Of a DNA stretch of 64,000 nucleotides, positions 56,971 to 64,000 are shown piece by piece (the stretch's first letter is position 1; every line of letters starts with the position of its first letter). A program made the translations under genes and the position numbers. The notes below the pieces were generated by a model. The model was not told the DNA's origin and did not search any database. It saw nothing but the letters and a program-made list of their open reading frames with translations. Origin of the DNA: Trypanosoma brucei (lineage: Eukaryota); NCBI GenBank assembly GCA_000002445.1, contig CM000208.1, positions 384,001-448,000 of the forward strand. The letters run 5' to 3'.

Positions 56971-57786
56971 GCCGGCTGGTGGTCACTTTAGAGAACACTC
57001 GCCTTACTAGAAAACGAAAAGCCTGTGAAAGCAGAATAGGCAGGAAAAAACTACCTTCAGATAGAACGAGGTCCAGCAGGGCTGTGGGTGATCAAGATTC
57101 CTCTAGTCAGCCGTACACGGAAAGGGACTATGTCTCTAAATACTGTCACCACACTCTTTATACCACGCGGGGCTTTTGAACTGTTGGTCGCTCTTCTTCC
57201 CTTTTCCCTCTGTAATAGTAACTCCTTGCACTTGGCAACAAAACCGCTAACTCCCTTTTGATACGGTCAGTGTGTGCTGTTGGGACCTTTGAAAATAATA
57301 ATAATATAAATTATGAATAACCGTTGCAATAGGTATAGAGAATAAGAAGGAAGGGGGAAAATAGAGGGGGAAAGGGAAAACGAACTTGAGAACTCTATCA
57401 GAGGTACCGACTAGGCTCTCTCTCTCCGGTCCCCAGCCGCTAGGGTCTTTTTTGCCCTTCAAAAGTAAGTACATTATTATGCCACGTAACCCACTTAAGT
57501 CGAATTAAGTTTAACTTTTAGTGCTTAACTCCACCTACTCAGCATTGAACACCACAACGTGAAATGGACAAAAGTACATGTGCCGATATTCATCCGTTGC
57601 TTGTTTTTCGTTAAAAATATTCTTATTTGCTCTGATACGCGGACCATCCGTGCGGCATTGCCTCCGCTACCTCACCCCCACGCAGCTCTCTACGTGCGCA
57701 CGCTCCCCCTTCCAACAACGAATCAGAAAAAGCGTAATACGGTGGCATTTAGATCATTGTAACCCCAACGCATCCACTTTCCATAC

Positions 57787-59682
57787 CTACTCGTTGCTTT
57801 CATCATCTTCGTCCTCATCCTCTCCATCCACCTTCGCTGGTTTGACCGGTTTTGCGACCTCTTCCACCATGTAGAAGTAGTTCCCCGCGATTTTCTGTTC
57901 ACGATCTTTAACCGAGTCAAACTTGTTGATTCGCGGACGGAAATTCGATGGATCACGTCTGAAAGTAATATCGAGGCTTTTCAAAAATTTGTTCATTCCC
58001 TCCAAGAGGGCACAGGGAGCGTTGGCCTTGCAATTTACAGCTGGAGTGCCGTCGTATACAATAACACGATCCGCCAGGTATGTTGCCATAATAAAATCGT
58101 GCTCAACGATGAACGCAGTTCGTTTGGCATGCATAATGTATCTCTTGATGACACGGGCAGCTATTATACGCTGGTCCGAATCCAAGTAGGCACTGGGTTC
58201 GTCTATTAGATAGATATTTGCCGGTGTGCCGAGGGCAAGGCATAGACCAACGCGTTGCAACTGACCACCGGAAAGGTGTTGCACCTCCTGATCGTACAGC
58301 TCCTCAACTGTCATGGGTTTTAGTACATCTGTCTGGAATTGGGGATTAGAGAACGCTTCGTATATCTTTGATTGGAGAAGATCCTTCACGGTTCCCTGAA
58401 ACTTCGGTGCGATCTTCTGTGGTTTGTAACTTATGCACAGTTGAGGTACTTCCACTTCATTATCCGGTTTAATGTGGCCAGCGAGCATGCGAATAAACGT
58501 CGTTTTACCACATCCATTCTCACCTAGAAGGACAACAATCTCAGAGTCAGAAAAGGATCCCGATTCGACAGTTAATGTAAACCCTCCCAAATTCTTTACC
58601 ATGGACGGGTAAGAATGTTGTACACTGCGTTTGGTCGTCTCTTCCAAGTCATCGGTAATGCGAAATGACAAACTCTCTTGACGAAACCTCAGATTTTCAG
58701 TTGGGACAAAACCATCCAAGAAAATGTTAATACCTTCTCGGACCCCGTAAGGCATCGTTACCACTCCGTAGATTCCGGGAACGCCGTAGAGAACACACAC
58801 GAAGTCGGACATATAGTCCACAACAGAAAGGTCATGCTCAACGACAACAACATAATTATCATCTTTCAGCAGAGAACGAATCACCTTAGCGGCCATCAGT
58901 CTCTGCCGAACATCCAAATAACTAGAAGGCTCGTCAAACATGTACACTGAGGCATTTTGGACACAGAGAGCAGCAATGGTAAACCGCTGTAGCTCACCAC
59001 CAGATAATTTTTCGAGTTCGCGATCAGCAACGTTTTCTATATCAAGTTCCTTCATATAGTAGTCCTTCACACCCCGCTCATCAGCTTTAGTTAGTAGATC
59101 CCCCACTTTTCCCTTGGTAACTTTGGGAACCTGATCCACATATTGTGGTTTCAGGAGAACACGCATCTTTTGCTCCAGCATGTGTTGAAAATACGCTTGG
59201 TGCTCAGACCCTCGAAAGTATTTTAATATCTCCTCCCAACTGGGTTCATCCTTATAGCGACCAAGATTTGGCTTAGTCTTGCCCTTCAGAATAGACAATG
59301 CCGTCGATTTGCCCGTGCCATTCGCTCCAACGAGTCCCAAGACCTGCCCTGGACGAGGAAGAGGTAGCCTATGGAGTTTGAAACTATTGGGGCCGTACCG
59401 ATGAACAGTATCTTTATTCAGATTGGATGGCAAGTTGATGATTTGAATGGCTCCATAAGGACATTTTTTAACGCATAAACCGCAGCCAATACAAAGTTCT
59501 TCTGAAATTACAGAAATTGTTGACTTTTTTTGAACCACAACACATAGTTTCCCCTGAAGGTTAACTGGACAGCACTTACTGCACTCTAGATTGCATTTTG
59601 CTGGCTTGCATCGGTCGTGGTTTACAACGGCAATACGAGTCAGTTTAGACTTTTCCTCATCTTGCCTGTTTTTAGGTGGCAT
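57787..59682 (-). CDS. ABCE1: ABCE1 / RNase L inhibitor (ribosome-recycling ATPase)
   Basis: The N-terminal 4Fe-4S ferredoxin-type cysteine clusters ([15 protein letters not shown] and [12 protein letters not shown]) are present. There are two ABC domains with Walker [10 protein letters not shown] / GENGCGKTT and signatures LSGGELQR / LSGGQLQR. The track starts the ORF at a TTG at 59721, and the first ATG is at 59682-59680 ([23 protein letters not shown]...). Confidence 0.93.
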   Translation of the reverse strand: MPPKNRQDEEKSKLTRIAVVNHDRCKPAKCNLECSKCCPVNLQGKLCVVVQKKSTISVISEELCIGCGLCVKKCPYGAIQIINLPSNLNKDTVHRYGPNSFKLHRLPLPRPGQVLGLVGANGTGKSTALSILKGKTKPNLGRYKDEPSWEEILKYFRGSEHQAYFQHMLEQKMRVLLKPQYVDQVPKVTKGKVGDLLTKADERGVKDYYMKELDIENVADRELEKLSGGELQRFTIAALCVQNASVYMFDEPSSYLDVRQRLMAAKVIRSLLKDDNYVVVVEHDLSVVDYMSDFVCVLYGVPGIYGVVTMPYGVREGINIFLDGFVPTENLRFRQESLSFRITDDLEETTKRSVQHSYPSMVKNLGGFTLTVESGSFSDSEIVVLLGENGCGKTTFIRMLAGHIKPDNEVEVPQLCISYKPQKIAPKFQGTVKDLLQSKIYEAFSNPQFQTDVLKPMTVEELYDQEVQHLSGGQLQRVGLCLALGTPANIYLIDEPSAYLDSDQRIIAARVIKRYIMHAKRTAFIVEHDFIMATYLADRVIVYDGTPAVNCKANAPCALLEGMNKFLKSLDITFRRDPSNFRPRINKFDSVKDREQKIAGNYFYMVEEVAKPVKPAKVDGEDEDEDDESNE

Positions 59683-61448
59683 GTTAAAAGCTAATAGTAC
59701 TTTACCTTCATTAAAATGCAACAGAAGCCGCTAGTTATACGTCAGGAAGCAGTAGGTTCCTATTAACAGGACCTTGCGTTCGTATCAGTTTCGCTCCTTA
59801 CTCCGCGTTCGCACAGCGTACGACAGATGATAGATCTGTAAAATGTGTGTTAACCCTCGTACACACAACAGAAAAGGCAAGTCTCTTTCCCAGATATAGT
59901 TCGACAAACAAACCTCTGACATTCATTTACCACACAAATTACCCATTCCAAAAAGTATAACACTCCACCCATCACAAAAGCGAGCTGCTTGCGGTCATGA
60001 GCACCCACAGTGAAGGTCGCATTTCGCAGGGGAAAAAACACCACGCGACAGGAAACTGTGGGACTACAGAGATACATGCGTAGCGCACATTGTGGTCCTT
60101 AAAAATAAAAATAAGTTTTGTATTGCTTGGTAGGAAGTGTAAAAAAGGAAACCCCCCCCCCCGATAAGTTGGCACTTCAGATGACATTATCGGTCAAGAA
60201 TTGCCATACGCTCACAAAACCGAGCCATCATACGAATATGTATATATATTGGAGCATCGTACGGCATACCAAGAAAACTGCAGTTAGCTGGGTGAAAAGT
60301 CACCACACTGGCGTTTTTTTTTTACGATTCATAGAAAAAAACACGTAGGTGGAGTAACCGCGAGTGGATGCCACGACATACTGTAACAACTGTCACCCTC
60401 TTAGTCGCGCCCCCCCAAAAAAAAAAAAACTTAGAGACTCATCATTGGCTTATGTGGAAAGGTGGATAACACACGAAAAAGTATAACATGGGACGGGCAC
60501 CTCCTGTATTCAGTCCGAAGAGGGAAGTCCATTTGCAACAACGGTGAGTCCACTTGCCAGGCGAGAAAAAAAAAAGCAAACAGAAATTAGGTTAGCAACA
60601 AATCCTTTAGCTTCCCAGACGGAAAAAGAAATATATCCCTTACTCAACGGTCTCCCCCCCCCCACACACACACACAAGGCAAAATATAGAAAAAAACAAA
60701 TCGCAGCACGCACAAACTAAGAATAGACAGCGGCACTACCTCTTTAGCAATACGAAACCACGTTACAGAACTATCAGCGAAGGCACAGGGAAAACCTGAA
60801 CATATAGATAGAGAAAAAATCAGGCAGCAGTCCTGCAACCCTCTGACGACTTCAACAACGTTTTTTTTTTTGATGGCGAACATGCTTTATTCCTGCAACC
60901 AGTGCAAACGTAAATAAATTCTGACTTAAGGAAGTGGAAAGCGTTTACCCTTCAAAGCACTCAGAAACGCACAAACCGAAAATCTGATGGCGCTCGACAT
61001 ATGATGACAGACGCCATTCTTTTTTTTTTTTGACAACGAAGAAAAAAGTGCAACAAAGATGGCCACGTGAAGAAGTGATAAGGCCACGGTCGCGCCAGCA
61101 TCCGCCATCACTGGTAACCTCCAATCCATATACAACGGGGACAACAAAAATGTCAGTTGCTTCACCTTCAGGTAAAGGGACACCGAAGTGTGTAGGACAG
61201 AAAGTTTGGAGCCAGACAAAAATAAAACGACCGCATTGCCGCAACACGGAACATAGAAAAGTGAGGGAGAGTGACGACACGCACCAGCGGAGAAACCCAT
61301 CTAAGCGGTAACTTGAAAAGAAGTGCATGCACACACCAACAAATCTTACCTCAATCCTATATAGGAGTGCAACACAAACAAAAAGGGCAAAGCCAAACAC
61401 TACGCACCAACATCTACTACTACTGCCACCACCACCAAAAAATCTCCT

Positions 61449-61967
61449 TCAAACGAAGAAGTGAGAAAAGGGATTCAATAAACTAGAGTCAACGAGTCTT
61501 TGGACAAATTTGCAGTAGTTAACTTTGTTCAAATGAACACAGCCGAAGCGGCGAAGGTGCAAAACCAGCTCACTACCCTCCACAGCCGAGAGAAGTTCTC
61601 CTTCCTCCATCATTATCTGGAGAAAACAGTTTAAGTCAATATAACCCGTTCGGTTGGTATCGTAGTGAGAAAAAACTTCTACGAGTTCATCAACTCCAAA
61701 GTTTTCAGCTCGTGTGCTGACATCACTCAATGTGGAAAAAAGTACCACGAACTGTGGAAAATTGATCACATCACAGCCTTCCAGCTTCGTTGTGGATAAA
61801 ACACGGGAGAACATCCCCTCATTTAGCTTCGGTACCAAGCTGAAGGCCAGAGACCTGACCCGTGACATCGCTATAACACCCTCATCAGCGCTGTCAAAAA
61901 GGCGAAAAGCTTCCTGAAGGTCACTGACGACGTCATGGGTAAGAGTGCATTTCATTTTCGATAGCAT
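61449..61967 (-). CDS. EF-hand domain protein (calmodulin-like or myosin-light-chain-like)
   Basis: There is a canonical EF-hand loop DTNRTGYIDLNCF, and FRLFDSADEG resembles the flanking helix of a degenerate first EF hand. The track's ORF starts at a GTG, and the ATG is at 61967-61965. Confidence 0.6.
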   Translation of the reverse strand: MLSKMKCTLTHDVVSDLQEAFRLFDSADEGVIAMSRVRSLAFSLVPKLNEGMFSRVLSTTKLEGCDVINFPQFVVLFSTLSDVSTRAENFGVDELVEVFSHYDTNRTGYIDLNCFLQIMMEEGELLSAVEGSELVLHLRRFGCVHLNKVNYCKFVQRLVDSSLLNPFSHFFV

Positions 61968-62160
61968 CACTTAACACTTTAGGTGGAGATATTAAAAAGG
62001 GAGGAATATATTCACTTGTTAGTCTTCCCCGGTGCAAGTGTTGACGCCAAGGCGAACACTACTCAAGCGTTAATAATATATACACTGTGATGGTTAGTGA
62101 AAACGATATGTCTCTTCTACAAAGCAACACGGTACTGCATTGCTAACACATGAATATAAA

Positions 62161-63048
62161 CTACTGGAACGGTACAGATCCATGTCTCTCATCCGGACTG
62201 ACGCTTAACACAGTTTTAATTGCCTCTGGCTCGCTACCGTACATCAGCTGAAGGTTCGATGCGACTGCGGGAGGTACGTAAGCAGCCGCCTTTGAGTCTG
62301 AGTTCACTCCTTGAATCATCGGGACCACGCCCACCCTCCTGAGAAAATAATCGACGCGATGAGCCGGGCTGTCATTCCTCAGTAGCGTGTCCTTTGTGCT
62401 ACCGGCAAGGTTTAACAATGACCTCTGGTTACCACTTGAGAGTATCTCACGAAGTGTGCCAAAGGCAACGTCACGGCTGAACTGCACGCCGCGACCGTAC
62501 TCAGGATATCGTGTAATGAGCCAGGGGAAAAAAGTAATGAATGGATTTATCCTTCGTTCTGCGAGGTACTCATCCTTAATCCGCTGACGGCTAGATTTGT
62601 CGTACTGTATGGTGAAGAGCAAATAAGTCGCTTGCTCATCTACACTTCCAATCCACAAAGGTAATGCCAAATCCTCTGATACACCGCCAAAAAGCCGCTG
62701 TATAATGATTTTCGACGAAACAAAAACAAGCACCACACCAGTAAAAAACATGAGCCAGTCAACGCGACGCTCTCCTTGGGATAAGTTTCCAAAATTAGGG
62801 GCATTTCCTTGGGAAGCTTCGCGAGCACGAAAAGCAGCACTGGTCGCCAGCCCTCCCATCGCGAAATGTCCATAACTGAAGCCGGAAAATTCGGATATGC
62901 TGAGTCCCTTATATTTTTTGGCTACCTTTTCTCTAAGCGCCAACTCTCTTGACCGCTCTTGGGGGTCCTCATTGATTATCATCCTCCTTGGAACAAGTCC
63001 ACCGTGAAAAAGAATAACCGAACAACGGCGTAGTTCCTGACGAAACAT
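62161..63048 (-). CDS. Hypothetical protein of 296 aa with one predicted transmembrane helix (WLMFFTGVVLVFVSSKIIIQRLF)
   Basis: The track's ORF starts at a GTG at 63120, and the first ATG is at 63048-63046. Immediately upstream, a minus-strand polypyrimidine tract followed by AG supports this start. I recognise no domain. Confidence 0.5.
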   Translation of the reverse strand: MFRQELRRCSVILFHGGLVPRRMIINEDPQERSRELALREKVAKKYKGLSISEFSGFSYGHFAMGGLATSAAFRAREASQGNAPNFGNLSQGERRVDWLMFFTGVVLVFVSSKIIIQRLFGGVSEDLALPLWIGSVDEQATYLLFTIQYDKSSRQRIKDEYLAERRINPFITFFPWLITRYPEYGRGVQFSRDVAFGTLREILSSGNQRSLLNLAGSTKDTLLRNDSPAHRVDYFLRRVGVVPMIQGVNSDSKAAAYVPPAVASNLQLMYGSEPEAIKTVLSVSPDERHGSVPFQ

Positions 63049-63070
63049 ATTCCCTTCCCCACCCCCAGGA

Positions 63071-63103
63071 GAAATTAAAATTAGAGAAAAAATAGAAAAA
63101 AAA
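63071..63103 (-). promoter_or_regulatory. Polypyrimidine tract with a downstream AG, a candidate trans-splice acceptor signal for the gene starting at 63048
   Basis: The minus strand reads ...ttttttttctattttttctctaattttaatttctcctgggggtggggaagggaatATG. This follows the established kinetoplastid polyY + AG trans-splicing signal architecture. Confidence 0.4.
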
Positions 63104-64000
63104 CGGCACTCATTTATCACGAAAAGGGGAACTGCTCGTCGCCGTTACAACATGCCCCCAACAGAGATTTTCTTCTCCCCAGAACCTAAATTATCACATC
63201 ATGTCCCGCACAAATTCATACAAATAGGGGACAACGTAACTATGAATAATGTCCCTAATAACACTTTAATGCCACAAAGACTAGAAAATTGGGTCCCAGC
63301 GGCTGCCCAAACAGTCGTGAACGCCGAAATTTGAAACCCACCACAAACACACCGGAAACGACCGAATAGCACGGACCCCACTGGAGCCCACCCCCTGCGG
63401 AAACGTCACGATAACAAGCCGCTGTAGGATCCACAAAAGCTTCTTACCAACCGGACACTCGTGTTGTAACGCCCTAGGGTCAACAGACACGCGCAGCAAG
63501 CAATGTCGCCCATGCTGGGAGCCTCCACAAAATTTACACCGGGCGACGTCAAGCCCCACCGTCCAGCGCCACTCGATTGAATACCGCCGGGTCGATCCAG
63601 CGCAGGGGAAGCACCACCAGCAGTGTGACAGCAAGAGGGGGGAACCCCCACTTCCCATCCGAGGCTGAGCTCTGCCCCCTCGAGAGGAGGGGAACACACA
63701 CACAGACGCTCGCGGACTGACAGCAACTGCGAAGTGAAACACAGATTCATTTCCACTACCACCCGTGGCGGTCCGCCGCGCCAGGCAGACACCCCCGGAG
63801 GTCAGTGGTAGCAGGTTCGCTCCTGCAACGGCACATCGCGTTCGACCGCCGCAGCCTACCAAAAATTCTGTTTTTCCCCCATGTGGTTGGAATAGGTCCG
63901 GTGCCGAAGAGTCGAGTGGTTTACTTCGGACCAGCCCACAAGTGACGGAAGCAGATTAAATTCTTACGTGCGGAAAAGTGGATCATGTCTGCGTGCCCCT

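Noticed and set aside
12325-59682. A functionally coherent 'mRNA fate and translation' cluster (MKT1L, MetRS, NOT1, a CCCH zinc-finger protein, RPN5, RPL36, ABCE1) that might be read as an operon-like system
   Set aside because: Trypanosomatid polycistronic units are not functional operons. Genes are co-transcribed regardless of function and regulated after transcription, so adjacency carries no functional implication. Unrelated genes such as HGPRT, Rab21 and ATP synthase subunit c are interleaved.
63801-63826. A tRNA-like A-box (GTCAGTGGTAG) and B-box-like (GGTTCGCTCC) pair with a hairpin
   Set aside because: The two boxes lie about 13 nt apart instead of about 35. No acceptor or anticodon stems can be drawn, and the would-be T-loop has 6 nt and lacks the conserved A. 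It is not a tRNA, and I kept it only as part of the GC-rich-segment finding.
63281-63862. A 193-aa minus-strand ORF at the right edge
   Set aside because: It starts at a TTG, is closed by an in-frame stop at 63958-63956 just upstream, and has random G/R/A/S-rich composition. It is not a gene.
63400-64000. A retroposon (ingi/RIME/SIDER) 5' signature at the right edge
   Set aside because: I compared the terminal sequence with the conserved 5' end of the ingi/L1Tc-type 'Pr77' as I remember it (beginning CCCTGGC...). It does not match. I see no A-rich tail and no target-site duplication.

Overview
This window looks like trypanosomatid nuclear DNA, most likely Trypanosoma brucei-group chromosome 10. 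The HGPRT protein matches T. brucei HGPRT as I recall it, and the gene order (MKT1L, MetRS, NOT1, Rab21, a CCCH zinc-finger gene, ATP synthase subunit c, RPL36, ABCE1) fits that locus. I call 21 protein-coding genes and every one is on the minus strand. The window therefore appears to lie inside a single polycistronic transcription unit, with no strand switch, no recognisable tRNA, rRNA, snRNA or spliced-leader gene, and no CRISPR or mobile element. Intergenic regions are low-complexity and strand-skewed: in the clearest cases (NOT1, MKT1L) the + strand is C/T-rich just downstream of the minus-strand gene's stop, and A/G-rich (a minus-strand polypyrimidine tract followed by an AG acceptor) upstream of several starts. 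They also contain many microsatellites ((TA)n, (GT)n, (TTTTC)n, (GATT)n) and G or C homopolymers of 11-13 nt. The supplied ORF track treats GTG and TTG as starts, so several listed ORFs begin upstream of the first real ATG; I corrected those starts and record the check in the evidence. The observations I consider most worth a second look are these. A dual-specificity-phosphatase-like gene carries Ser in place of the catalytic Cys. A bacterial-type Leu/Phe-tRNA-protein-transferase-like gene is present. There are two gene deserts of 5.4 kb and 4.1 kb with extreme pyrimidine/purine strand skew. The HGPRT isoform ends in -AKL, a PTS1-like tripeptide. A 62-codon ORF sits in the minus-strand gene array and may be unannotated. 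A GC-rich, non-repetitive, non-coding segment lies at the right edge. I did not find a novel multi-gene system. In trypanosomes gene adjacency does not imply co-function, so I do not read this gene order as an operon.
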